Shown: one piece after another, positions 16,597 through 26,600 of the stretch
Layout: each line of letters opens with the position of its first letter
Position numbering within the stretch: position 1 is the stretch's first letter
Source of the DNA: a virus
Direction: 5' to 3' (one strand)
DNA: 40,335 nucleotides
Virus record (IMG/VR): IMGVR_UViG_3300001528_000059
Coordinates: 1-40,335 of that record
Notes under the pieces: model-generated
What the model saw: the letters and a program-made list of their open reading frames with translations, nothing else
Database searches by the model: none
What the model was told of the DNA's origin: nothing
Position numbers and translations under genes: made by a program

Positions 16597-18193
16597 TGAT
16601 GAAAAAGCCGTCATCCGTAAACTGAAGGTATCCTATGGCCGCGCAATGGCTGAAACTGAAGCCAAGATTCAGGCCTTCACCGCTGATATTCAGCTAAAGA
16701 AGGAAGCCCTTCAAAGCGTCACAGACGCTTCACAGAGGGCGGCGCTTGAATCTGAAATACAATCCAAGGTCTATCAGAAACAGTATCAAGAAGCCCTAAA
16801 AGGGCAGATTTCAGCGATATTTGACAACCTTCAATCAAAACAGTATGATACAATCAAGGAATACCTTGATGACAGCTATACAAAGGGCTTCACCGGCACG
16901 ATGTATGACCTTCATGGGCAGGGAATCCCGCTGATTTTCCCCATTGACCAAACACAGGTTGTGGATGCCCTGACCATGAAAACCAAGCTGTCAAAGCCCC
17001 TATATCAGCGCTTGGGTGTGGACATCGACAGCCTGAAGAAGATTGTCAACAGTGAGATTTCACGCGGCATAGCAACCGGCCGCACATGGTCAGAGATTGC
17101 CCAAATCATTGACCGGCGCAAAAACATCAATCTATATCGTGCTTCCCGTATCGCACGAACTGAAGGGCATAGAGTGCAGCAGACCGCCGCATTTGATGCC
17201 ATGAAGAAGGCCAAGGCCAAAGGCGCTGATTTGGTCAAACAATGGGATGCCACGCTGGATGACAGAACGCGTCCTGACCACGCCTTACTTGATGGGCAAA
17301 TCCGGGAAGTGGATGAACCCTTTGAAGTATCAGGCTATCAAGCCATGATGCCCGGTCAGTTCGGCATTGCCCGTGAAGATATTCATTGCCGCTGTGTTGC
17401 CCTGCAACGTGCGCGGTGGGCGCTGGATGAAGAAGAACTTCAAACCCTGAAAGACCGCGCTGCTTATTTTGGACTGGATAAATCCAAAGATTTTGACGAT
17501 TTTACAATCAGATACCTTCAGGCCACAAAACAGCCCGTTGTTCCTGCTGGAACGCCTGTAACCATCAATGGTGTAACTTATACCAAAAATGTTGAACAGT
17601 TTGGGTTTGGTGATGGGCGCGGTGGTATCAAAAAGACAGCAGATGCCGTCACCTATACAACATCTGATGGAACAAAATTTGTATTCCCTAAGAAATACAA
17701 TAAGCAACATCAGACAATGACCCCTGAACAAGCCTTGAAATGTTGGGAACAAGTTCCTGATGGCATTCGGAGAAAAGCCCCAAAAACCATTGAATTTGTG
17801 GATTATTATAATCCAATGGATTCTTACTGGAAAAAGCACTATAAAGGATTCACCCATTCTTATGCAACAGGTGGAGACACAATAACTTTTTACAGATATG
17901 ACTATGAACATGATGAAGATTATGTAATTAGAACATACTGCCATGAATCTGGACATTTCATAGATACATCACTACCAAATACAAGTGGTAGATATTGTGA
18001 AGATGCTGCATGGACAAAAGCGATGGCAGATGATATAATGGTATCTGGAAAGAAGTCACCTACACTTTATGGGCAAAATGCAAAAGCTGAAGATTTTGCT
18101 GAAAGCGTTGCTGAATATGTTTATGATAAAGACGCTTTCAAACAAGAGTTTCCAAATCGGACAAAACTTTTGGAAAGCATAATTCAAATTTAG
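16556..18193 (+). CDS. MuF / SPP1 gp7-like head morphogenesis protein with a C-terminal HExxH metallopeptidase-like domain
   Basis: RIARTEGHRVQQTAAF...DDRTRPDHALLDGQ is the Phage_Mu_F core. The C-terminus has HESGH (nt 17942-17956) with AEDFAE 45-49 residues after the second His. Confidence 0.8.
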   Translation: MNSRQKEVLQSQLDDEKAVIRKLKVSYGRAMAETEAKIQAFTADIQLKKEALQSVTDASQRAALESEIQSKVYQKQYQEALKGQISAIFDNLQSKQYDTIKEYLDDSYTKGFTGTMYDLHGQGIPLIFPIDQTQVVDALTMKTKLSKPLYQRLGVDIDSLKKIVNSEISRGIATGRTWSEIAQIIDRRKNINLYRASRIARTEGHRVQQTAAFDAMKKAKAKGADLVKQWDATLDDRTRPDHALLDGQIREVDEPFEVSGYQAMMPGQFGIAREDIHCRCVALQRARWALDEEELQTLKDRAAYFGLDKSKDFDDFTIRYLQATKQPVVPAGTPVTINGVTYTKNVEQFGFGDGRGGIKKTADAVTYTTSDGTKFVFPKKYNKQHQTMTPEQALKCWEQVPDGIRRKAPKTIEFVDYYNPMDSYWKKHYKGFTHSYATGGDTITFYRYDYEHDEDYVIRTYCHESGHFIDTSLPNTSGRYCEDAAWTKAMADDIMVSGKKSPTLYGQNAKAEDFAESVAEYVYDKDAFKQEFPNRTKLLESIIQI

Positions 18194-18208
18194 AAGAAGG
18201 TGTTCACG

Positions 18209-18388
18209 ATGGCAACCCACGAACGTATAAACGAGAAAACACCCAATGGCGGTGATTATTCCGAAATTTTCTATTTTGACAAAGACGGCAATGCCGTTGA
18301 TGAAACTGCTGCTGTGCGCTGTGTAATCCGTGAGTGTGCCAAAGATGGCACATTGCTTCACGAAACATGGGGCGAGTGCAACAATTAG
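18209..18388 (+). CDS. Hypothetical small protein
   Basis: ATG 18209 preceded by GAAGAAGGTG. Followed by a terminator. Confidence 0.5.
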   Translation: MATHERINEKTPNGGDYSEIFYFDKDGNAVDETAAVRCVIRECAKDGTLLHETWGECNN

Positions 18389-18406
18389 AAATTGAACAAA
18401 TTCAAT

Positions 18407-18431
18407 GCCGCCTGAAATATGGCGGCTTTTC
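18407..18431 (+). terminator. Intrinsic terminator
   Basis: GCCGCC-TGAAATAT-GGCGGC followed by TTTTC. Confidence 0.6.
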
Positions 18432-18509
18432 TATTGCCATTTTCTTTTCCTCTCTTTCTATATATCCTATTCTTTAAGCTGACAGCCGGGAAAGACCGGC
18501 ATTTTATAT

Positions 18510-18598
18510 GCGGAATAAACTGATAAGGTTTCAGAACGGTCTTGAAAACCGATTGGGCGCTGGTAGCGCTTGGGGTTCGTGTCCTCTATTCCGCGCCA
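18510..18598 (+). tRNA. Class II tRNA-like gene, anticodon UGA (Ser), encoded CCA
   Basis: 7-bp acceptor GCGGAAT/ATTCCGC plus G plus CCA. D arm CTGA-TAAGGTT-TCAG. Anticodon arm CGGT-CTTGAAA-ACCG. Long variable arm GCGC-TGGTA-GCGC. T arm GGGG-TTCGTGT-CCTC. Deviations: 3 nt between acceptor and D stem, an A:A pair at 27:43, and U at position 58. Confidence 0.6.
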
Positions 18599-18745
18599 AG
18601 GGCGATAATACAGGTAAATAGTCGAGGACAAGCGCTGCTTCAGACGTTCCCTGTTAGCCAACCCCTACACGCCTACTGACAGTGCGTACCATGTAGGGGA
18701 TTCTGAATAAATGCGGTTGATTTGAAATCAGCCGCATTTTTATAT

Positions 18746-18822
18746 GCTTCTGTGGCGCAATTTGGCGGCGCGGCGGTTTTGTAATCCGAGGGTTGCAGGT
18801 TCGATTCCTGTCAGAAGCACCA
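18746..18822 (+). tRNA. tRNA-Thr (anticodon UGU) with encoded CCA
   Basis: Acceptor GCTTCTG/CAGAAGC. D arm GCGC-AATTTGGCG-GCGC. Anticodon loop TTTGTAA. Variable loop GGGTT. T arm GCAGG-TTCGATT-CCTGT. The anticodon stem has only 3 G-C pairs, flanked by G:A and U:U. Confidence 0.8.
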
Positions 18823-18900
18823 CATCAGGGATGATGGAAAACATCTAAATCCACAACATGACCGCAACCATGTAAAAAGCGTAGAAAGGATTTGACCGAA

Positions 18901-19536
18901 ATGACACTTTCCGAAATCTTGAAAGCCAAAGGCATTGCAGACGATGTGGCGCAGAGTGTGCTTGATGACATGAAGGCCAACAAAATCTTCACTGCTTCTG
19001 AAGAAAACCTTGACATCCGTTATGGCAAACTGAAAACTGACCATGACAGTCTGACAACCCAATATCAGGAAGCAACTTCCCTGATTGAACAGTTGAAGAA
19101 AGGCACAAAGGGTCAGGAAGACCTTCAGGGCAAAATTACCGCCTATGAAGGCAAGGTTGCCGAACTGGAAAAACAGCTTCAGCAGGAACGCATTGACAAC
19201 GCTGTGAAGCTGGGTCTGCTTTCGGAGAACGCGCAGGATGTTGACTACCTTGCCTACAAACTGCGCGAGAAGGGCGAACTGGAACTGGATGATTCCGGCA
19301 TCATCAAGGGCTGGGATGATAAAGTTGCAGGGCTGAAAACACAGTTCCCGCAGCAGTTCGCCGGTAACGGTAAAAACGGCAAGGGCGCTTATGATGGCTA
19401 CAAGCCCATTGACGATGACACCCGCCACGCCAATGATGGCCTGACCAAAGAAAGCATCTTGAAAATGCCCTATGCACAGCGGGCGCAGCTTATGCGGGAC
19501 AACCCTGAAGGCTACAATGCCGCTATGCACGGGTAA
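18901..19536 (+). CDS. Scaffolding protein (GP20-like)
   Basis: Coiled-coil, Glu/Lys-rich, 211 aa, directly upstream of the capsid gene. ATG 18901 with AGAAAGGA RBS. Confidence 0.7.
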   Translation: MTLSEILKAKGIADDVAQSVLDDMKANKIFTASEENLDIRYGKLKTDHDSLTTQYQEATSLIEQLKKGTKGQEDLQGKITAYEGKVAELEKQLQQERIDNAVKLGLLSENAQDVDYLAYKLREKGELELDDSGIIKGWDDKVAGLKTQFPQQFAGNGKNGKGAYDGYKPIDDDTRHANDGLTKESILKMPYAQRAQLMRDNPEGYNAAMHG

Positions 19537-19559
19537 AAACCTGTAAAGGAGAAATTTCC

Positions 19560-20564
19560 ATGTCTGAAGTAACCAAAAAGGCCAATATCATCATCCCTGA
19601 AGTCATGGGTGACATGATTAACGCCAAAATCGACAAACTGTGCAAGATTACGCCCTATGCCAAGGTGGACACCACCCTTCAGGGCGTTCCCGGTGACACT
19701 AAGACCGTTCCTTGCTGGAATTTCATCGGCAATGCCGTTGACGTGGCTGAGGGCGGCGAGGTTGACACCACCAAGCTGACTGCTTCCACCGTCAAGTTTG
19801 GCATTAAGAAGGCCATGAAGTCCGTTGGTATCACGCAGGAGAGCATCAACAGCGGCCTTGGCAATCCCGTTGGTCAGGCTGAAACACAGCTGGCCAAGGC
19901 CATTGCGGGCAAGGTTGATGATGACCTGATGGATGCCGCGCTGGCCTGTGCCAACGTCTATGATGGTTCTGCTGCTGTCATCGGCTACAAGCCCATTGTT
20001 GATGCCGTCACCAAGTTTGAGGATGAGGAAGACGGCATTGATAAGGTCATGTTCATCCATCCGAAGCAGGAAGCAACCCTGCTGAAAGATGCTGACTTCC
20101 TGTCTACCGATAAGTTCACCGCTGGCGTGGCCGTCAACGGCGCGATTGGCAAGATTGCCGGTTGCTGGGTGAAGAAGTCCAAGAAGGTTCAGCTTGTTTC
20201 CTATCAGAAGGACAACGGTGACGGCACAATCACCATTGTGGCCGATACCACCAAAGAGACTGCTACACAGAAGCACCTTGACACCATTCAGCCCAACTGT
20301 GCTGATGTGCTGGCCGTGAATGATAAGGTCAAGACTGTTGCCGCCTTCTATCGTTGCCCCATCATCAAGATGGAGCCTGACAGCCCTGAAACCGAGTACA
20401 CCGAGGATGAGCTGCCCGCCCTGACCATCTTCCTGAAGGCTGACACCAAGGTTGATGCCGAGTGGTTCCCCAAGAAGCAGCAGCACGATGTCACCGCCTG
20501 CAAGTATTACGGTGTCGCCCTGACCAACGCGGCCAAGGTCATCGTTGCAAGTTTCAAGGCCTGA
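19560..20564 (+). CDS. Major capsid protein
   Basis: 334 aa after the scaffold gene. AAAGGAG RBS. Size and order are typical. No specific motif named. Confidence 0.75.
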   Translation: MSEVTKKANIIIPEVMGDMINAKIDKLCKITPYAKVDTTLQGVPGDTKTVPCWNFIGNAVDVAEGGEVDTTKLTASTVKFGIKKAMKSVGITQESINSGLGNPVGQAETQLAKAIAGKVDDDLMDAALACANVYDGSAAVIGYKPIVDAVTKFEDEEDGIDKVMFIHPKQEATLLKDADFLSTDKFTAGVAVNGAIGKIAGCWVKKSKKVQLVSYQKDNGDGTITIVADTTKETATQKHLDTIQPNCADVLAVNDKVKTVAAFYRCPIIKMEPDSPETEYTEDELPALTIFLKADTKVDAEWFPKKQQHDVTACKYYGVALTNAAKVIVASFKA

Positions 20565-20585
20565 TTTTGGGAAGGGGTGTTCTGA

Positions 20586-21113
20586 ATGATTGTCGATGTC
20601 ATGCAGTTGATGAAGCTGCCTGAATTTCAGAACACCGATGAAGGTGTTGTGAAGCAGCGCCTTGAAGGGTTGGAAAACCTTATCAGGGCATACACAAACA
20701 ACAATTTTCAGAACCGTGCTATCCGCTTTGAAGCGTCATCCTTGGATGACCGTCTGTTTGGGGCTTGCCCCTACATCAAGGTTGGTGACACGGTGGAAAT
20801 CACCAAATCCCAAGTCAATGATGGCCTGTATGTGGTCAAAGAGTTGGACACCAACATTGTTCGGCTTGATAGACCCATGTTTCAGGTCACATACAACCTT
20901 GTGACGAAAGTTCAGTATCCTGCTGACATTGTTCAGGGTATCATCAATCTGATGAAATGGGAACAGACCAATAGGGATAAGGTGGGAATCAAGTCAGAGA
21001 CGCTTTCCCGCTATTCTGTGGCCTATTTTGACCAAGATGCAAGCAATCAGGTTATGGGCTATCCCGTTTCCCTGATGGGCTTCCTGAAGCCCTATATGAA
21101 GGCGAGGTTTTAA
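20586..21113 (+). CDS. Head-tail connector (gp6/gp15-like) protein
   Basis: Gene order after the capsid gene and size. Confidence 0.5.
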   Translation: MIVDVMQLMKLPEFQNTDEGVVKQRLEGLENLIRAYTNNNFQNRAIRFEASSLDDRLFGACPYIKVGDTVEITKSQVNDGLYVVKELDTNIVRLDRPMFQVTYNLVTKVQYPADIVQGIINLMKWEQTNRDKVGIKSETLSRYSVAYFDQDASNQVMGYPVSLMGFLKPYMKARF

Positions 21114-21115
21114 GC

Positions 21116-21535
21116 ATGATTGGTGGCAACACTTATGCGTTGCTTCAGGTCAAAGATGCTGGAACCTTCAACGCGATTGGCGAGCGTGACCACACATGGA
21201 CAGACGTGGCTTCCCTGAAGGGATGGCTTGACCTGTCCACAGGTGAAGCAACCTATTTGAACAACAGCAAAATGCAGGAATCCACCCACATTTTCCTTGC
21301 AGATTTTACTTCCCTGAAGTCACTGTCTGCCCGGTGGGTATGGAATCCCTTCAATTTTCTTTCGGGTGCTATCAAGCAGGATGCAGAAAATCCCGAAACT
21401 GTAGACTTCACCGGCGAGAATGGCCGCATGGTCATCAATGGTGAGGTCTACAACATCCTTCTGATTGATAATCCTATGGGGATGAATCGTCAGTTGGAAA
21501 TCTATCTGAAGTATCTTGGTGGGCAAAATGGCTGA
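21116..21535 (+). CDS. Head closure / head-tail adaptor protein
   Basis: Gene order, 139 aa. The pattern resembles SPP1 gp16-type head closure proteins. Confidence 0.5.
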   Translation: MIGGNTYALLQVKDAGTFNAIGERDHTWTDVASLKGWLDLSTGEATYLNNSKMQESTHIFLADFTSLKSLSARWVWNPFNFLSGAIKQDAENPETVDFTGENGRMVINGEVYNILLIDNPMGMNRQLEIYLKYLGGQNG

Positions 21536-21941
21536 AATTCAGTTTGAAGATTACAGCATGAAGGTCAAAGATGCTTTGCAATCTGCCACAATCGCTTTTT
21601 TGAATGAAGCTGGGGGCGAAGTCAAAAGCCAAACCCAACGAAACACAGCGGTTGACACTGGGCAGACAAAAGGTTCATGGAAGTATGAAGTTGACGAATC
21701 TGCATTGACCGCCACAATCGGTTCAAATGAGATGAACGCAATTTATGAAGAATTTGGCACTGGTGAATATGCCCTTCATGGTGATGGCCGAAAAACGCCT
21801 TGGAAGTACAAAGACCGAAAAGGCAGATGGCACATCACCAAGGGCAAGCACGCAAGACGACCATTCTTCAACGCTTTTAACGCCAACAAAGAAAAAATCC
21901 AACGTATGCTTGAAAAGAAACTGGGGGCATTGGGCAAATGA
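21528..21941 (+). CDS. HK97 gp10-like tail/neck component
   Basis: DTGQTKGSWKYEV and the length are typical of the HK97 gp10 family. ATG 21528 overlaps the upstream stop. Confidence 0.55.
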   Translation: MAEIQFEDYSMKVKDALQSATIAFLNEAGGEVKSQTQRNTAVDTGQTKGSWKYEVDESALTATIGSNEMNAIYEEFGTGEYALHGDGRKTPWKYKDRKGRWHITKGKHARRPFFNAFNANKEKIQRMLEKKLGALGK

Positions 21942-22315
21942 TTGAATTACTGAACTTTATTCAGCAGGAATTGAACAATGCTTCCATTCCTTATGAATTT
22001 GAGCGCTGGACAGCGCCGGTCACATATCCCTACTTTGTGGGCGAGACTTCCCCGGTTGAACCCATGAATGAGGATGGACAGGAAGAAATGACCTTCATCC
22101 TGACCGGCTGGAACAGACCCAATCTGTATCCGCTGTATTTGATGGCCGAAAAAATCAGAACTATTTTCCCGCCCATCGGCGGCAAGACCGCAATCCTTGA
22201 ATCAGGTTCAGGGATTGCGGTTTTCTATGCCGATGCTTTCCCTATTGATTCAGGGGAAGAAGATTTAAGAAAAATCCAAATCAATCTTACAGTGAAAACA
22301 TGGAAGGTGAACTAA
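21938..22315 (+). CDS. Tail terminator / tail completion protein
   Basis: Position immediately upstream of the major tail gene. ATGA overlap. Confidence 0.4.
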   Translation: MIELLNFIQQELNNASIPYEFERWTAPVTYPYFVGETSPVEPMNEDGQEEMTFILTGWNRPNLYPLYLMAEKIRTIFPPIGGKTAILESGSGIAVFYADAFPIDSGEEDLRKIQINLTVKTWKVN

Positions 22316-22909
22316 ATGTCTAAAACTGAAGGTCTGGTTCACAGCGGTATCACCGAGAAAACCCCCGGTAATATCCTGCTGGGTGCTGGTACTATCCACA
22401 AAGGTCTGAAGTTCAGCGGCGGCAAGTGGAACTTTGCCGCATCTTTGGTGGGTGCGACTTCTGGCGGTAACAGCCTGAAAATCACCCCTGAACTGAAGGA
22501 CATTGATGTTGATGGCGCTTTGGTCAAGATGAAGGGGCTGACCGTCAAGCAGGGCGAGACTGCAAGCCTTGAAGTCAACCTGATTGAAACCACCCCTGAC
22601 ATCATCAAGGCCGCGCTAATTGCGCAGGATGGCAATGTTGCCGGTGATATGACCGGCTATTCTGTGCTTGAATCCAAGTCGCAGATTGAAGAAGGCGATT
22701 ACTGGGAGAATATCGCCTTTGTTGGTACAACCATCAGCGGCACACCCATCATCTGCATCTTGGACAACGCCCTTTGCACATCTGGTCTGTCGCTGGACGG
22801 CAAGAACAAAGATTCCACGGTTGGCAAGTACACTTTCGAGTGTTCGCAGGAGCTGACCGGCGATTCTACAATTCTGCCGTATCACATTTACTATCCCACG
22901 GCGGGCTGA
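22316..22909 (+). CDS. Major tail protein
   Basis: 197 aa, upstream of the chaperone pair and tape measure. GGAAGGTGA RBS. Confidence 0.7.
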   Translation: MSKTEGLVHSGITEKTPGNILLGAGTIHKGLKFSGGKWNFAASLVGATSGGNSLKITPELKDIDVDGALVKMKGLTVKQGETASLEVNLIETTPDIIKAALIAQDGNVAGDMTGYSVLESKSQIEEGDYWENIAFVGTTISGTPIICILDNALCTSGLSLDGKNKDSTVGKYTFECSQELTGDSTILPYHIYYPTAG

Positions 22910-22949
22910 TTCCCGCTGAATCTGTCAAATGAAAGGATGAAATAGAACA

Positions 22950-23357
22950 ATGTCTGAAGCAACTTATACCTTGCGCAGCCTTCAGGGCGCTGACATTTTT
23001 CCCATGTCAGCAATCATCAAGAAGATTGGCGTTAAAGAGTTCAAAAACGCTTTTCAGGATGAGGAAATCAAAAACCTTGTGAACAGCATCAACAATGGTG
23101 AAATGTCCAAGGATGCTGCCGCCAATCAGGCGGGCATGACCGTCATCCTGAACATCGTGGATGTCGTGCTGGGCAATCTGCCCCGCGCTGAAAAGGACAT
23201 CTACAAGTTCCTTGCAAGCCTGTCCGGCATGAAGCCTGATGAGATTGCAGCCCTTCCGATGGCCACATTCACCGGCATGGTGATTGATGTGATTCAGAAG
23301 GAAGAATTCAAGGATTTTATCAAGGTTGTTTCAAGATTGTTCAAATCGGCCAACTAA
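22950..23357 (+). CDS. Tail assembly chaperone (G-like)
   Basis: Position between the major tail protein and the tape measure. Acidic 135-aa protein. Confidence 0.65.
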   Translation: MSEATYTLRSLQGADIFPMSAIIKKIGVKEFKNAFQDEEIKNLVNSINNGEMSKDAAANQAGMTVILNIVDVVLGNLPRAEKDIYKFLASLSGMKPDEIAALPMATFTGMVIDVIQKEEFKDFIKVVSRLFKSAN

Positions 23358-23401
23358 GGGTTTTTGATGACCTGTTCAAAAGGTACGCTGACCCTTTACG
23401 G

Positions 23402-23650
23402 TTGATTGACAACCTGATTTTGACAGAAGATTTTTCCCATTTCATTTCCTTCTTCAGCGAACAGCAAGAAAAGGACGTGGAATGGGAATATTTTTTGCAT
23501 AAGGTCTTTGATATGTCCTTCAATGAGTTTAAGGAAAGTATCACGATTGATGCAAAAACCGCTGGAATGTCAAAGTCTGACCTTGAAACAACCATTCAAA
23601 ATTCAATGTCCATGACTATGAATTTCATTCCACCTGACCAAAAGGAGTGA
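23402..23650 (+). CDS. Tail assembly chaperone extension (GT-like, probably reached by -1 frameshift)
   Basis: The -1 frame relative to 22950..23357 is open from 23288 through 23650. No RBS or ATG of its own (the track start is a TTG). Confidence 0.5.
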   Translation: MIDNLILTEDFSHFISFFSEQQEKDVEWEYFLHKVFDMSFNEFKESITIDAKTAGMSKSDLETTIQNSMSMTMNFIPPDQKE

Positions 23651-23657
23651 AATCAAC

Positions 23658-26600
23658 TTGGAACTTTTCAAACTGTTTGGCACAATCGCTATCAATAACG
23701 ATGAAGCCAATCAGGCCATTGATGACACGGTTGGAAAGGCCAAAACTTCTGAAGGTTCATTATCATCCACCTTCAAAAAGGTTGGAACTGCTGTTGCTGC
23801 TGCATTTTCTGTGCAGAAAATTGTTGACTTTGGTGTTCAATCTGTCAACACCCTTCAGGGGTTTGAAGATTCAATGCTGAAGGTGCAAGCCCTGTCAGGC
23901 GCAACCGCTGACCAATATCAGCAGTTGTCTGATGCGGCGCTGCACTATGGCAGTACAACAGCATGGACTTCACAGAACGTGGCAGACGCTATGGGCTATA
24001 TGGCGCTTGCTGGATTTGACACAAACGAAATCCTGTCAGCGACACCCGGCGTTCTGTCTTTGGCTTCTGCTTCTGGTGAAGATTTGGCCACGGTTTCTGA
24101 CATCCTGACCGATGCCATGACCGGCTTTGGTGACAGTGCTTCCGATGCCACGCGGTATGCGGATGTACTTGCCACAACACAGGCAAAGTCCAACACCACC
24201 GTTGGTATGTTGGGTGAAGCCTTCACATACGTTTCTTCTTTGGCTGGTACTTATTCATACAGCCTTGAAGATGTTTCAACTGCCCTTGGCGTTATGGCCA
24301 ATGCCGGTGTCAAGGGTTCTATGGCTGGTACATCTCTTTCCAGTGTCATCACACGCCTTGGCACGAACACTTCAGGCGCACGAGATGCCATTGAAGAATT
24401 GGGTGTCCAGTTCTACAACACGGATGGTACAGCACGGCCTTTGGGTGATGTGCTGGTTGACTTGTGTGACGCCACGGCCAACATGACCACCGAACAGAAA
24501 GCAAGCCTTGCTTCCACCGTTGCCGGTGCTGAAGCACAGAAGGGCTTACTTGCTATTTTGAATCAGGGTTCTTCCGCTTACACTGACCTGAATCAGAAGC
24601 TGAAGGAATCCAGCGGCAACGCGGATGAAATGGCCAACACCCTTGAAAGCGGCCTTGGCGGTGCAATGCGTTCCCTGTCTTCTGCATGGGAAGGCTTCAA
24701 AATCAAGCTGGCACAGAAATTTGAAGTTCCTTTGTCTGACCTGATTCACAAGCTGGCCGATTTCATCACTGGTTCTGCAATCCCTGCCCTTGATAATTTT
24801 GTAAGTGCAATCACCCCCGTGGTTGAAGCACTTATCAATTTTGGAAAATGGATGCAGGAAGGCAGTGCCGGTGCGGAATTGCTGAAGGGTGTCATTGTGG
24901 CCGTCACAGCGGCCTTCACAGCATGGCAGGCAATCGCTGCTGCACAATCTTTGTGGACTAAGCTGACAAGTGGTATTCAGAAGGCAAAGACCGCCTTCAC
25001 GGCCTTAAATGCGGCTATGGCGGCGAACCCCATCGGGGTTGTCATTGCGGTCATCACTGCACTGGTTGCCGCGTTCGTTTACCTTTGGAACACAAGCGAG
25101 GGTTTCCGCAACTTCTGGATTGGCGCTTGGGAAGCAATCAAATCAGCGTTCAACACTGCCGTTGAAGCTGTGTCCACTGGTATTCAGAACTTCATCACAT
25201 GGTTTCAGGATTTCATTGCAAGCATTGAACAATTCATTGCTGATTTGAAGCAAGGAATTCAGGACAAACTTGATGAAATTCATCAGGCATGGGATGACGC
25301 ATGGAATACCATTCAGACCACCGTAGAGGGCATTTTTAGCGCGATTTCTGAAACGGTAAGTAACTTTGTCGATGGCGTTCAAGCCTTCTTCCAAGGCCTG
25401 TATGAAGGTGTACAGGCGGCATGGGATACCATCTGCAATGTGGTTCAGGTTGCAATCCTGTTTGTGCAGGAACTCTTGAACGCTGCTGTTGAAATCTTGA
25501 TGATTCCTTGGAACTTCATTTGGGAGAACTTTGGCGAAGCCCTTACATCTGCATGGGAAGGCTTCAAGCAAGGTATCAGTGACGCACTGGATGCCATTTC
25601 CAGCACCATTCAGGATGTTTGGAACGCTATTGTGGAGTTCCTGACACCGCTGCTGGAAGCCATTGCAGATGTGTTTACACGCACATGGGAAAACATCCGG
25701 GAAATGGTCACAACGGTTGTGAACACCGTTTCCGATGTGATTCAGACCGTATGGAACGCCATTGTGGAATTCCTGACCCCGATTCTTCAGGGAATTCACG
25801 ACACCTTTGTAACAACGTGGAATGCAGTTCAGAACACTGTTCAGACGGTTGTGACAGCTATTCAGACCTTCCTTCAGACTGCATGGAACACCATCACAAG
25901 CCTGATTCAGACGGCCATGAATACCATCCATAACGTCATTCAGACAGTTTGGAACACAATCAAGACCGTCATTCAGACCGTGATGACAGCCATTCAAAGT
26001 GTGCTGACATCTATTTGGAACACAATAAAGTCTGTTGTTCAATCTGTATTGAACACAATTCAATCTATTGTTTCCAGCGTTTGGAACACGGTCAAGAGCG
26101 TCACAACATCCGTTTGGAATGGTATCAGTTCAACCATTTCCAGTGTCATCAACACTGTGAAGAACGTCATTTCAAGCGGTCTGAACGCTGCACACAGCAC
26201 TGTCAGCAACGTCTTCAACAGTATCCGCAATACCATTTCAAACATTATGAACGGCGCAGCCAATGTGGTCAGCGGTGCAATCAACAAAATCAAGGGTTTC
26301 TTCAACTTCAGTTGGAGTTTACCACACTTGAAAATGCCCCATCCCTACATCAGCGGTTCCTTCAGCTTGAACCCGCCTTCTGTGCCGTCTTTCGGCATTG
26401 ATTGGTATGCAAAGGGCGGCATTTTGACCGAACCCACGCTGTTCAGCCTGAACCCCAAAACTGGACGCGCTTCTGTTGGCGGTGAAGCCGGTGATGAAGC
26501 TGTTGCGCCCATCGAAACCCTTCTGACCTACATCCGCACAGCGGTTGGAGAACAGAACGGCGACTTGGCAGCACGGATTGACCGCCTGATTGAACTGCTT

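Noticed and set aside
18519-18540. Hammerhead-ribozyme-like CTGATAAG...GAA string
   Set aside because: The essential G of CUGAUGA is replaced (CTGATAA). The segment is better explained as the D arm of the tRNA-like gene at 18510..18598.
18467-18661. 64-aa minus-strand ORF in the tRNA island
   Set aside because: It overlaps the tRNA-like gene and structured spacer, and has no RBS or motifs. It is probably spurious.
18510-18822. Phage tRNAs as suppressors indicating stop-codon reassignment
   Set aside because: The anticodons read UGA (Ser, codon UCA) and UGU (Thr). All large genes are intact under the standard code.
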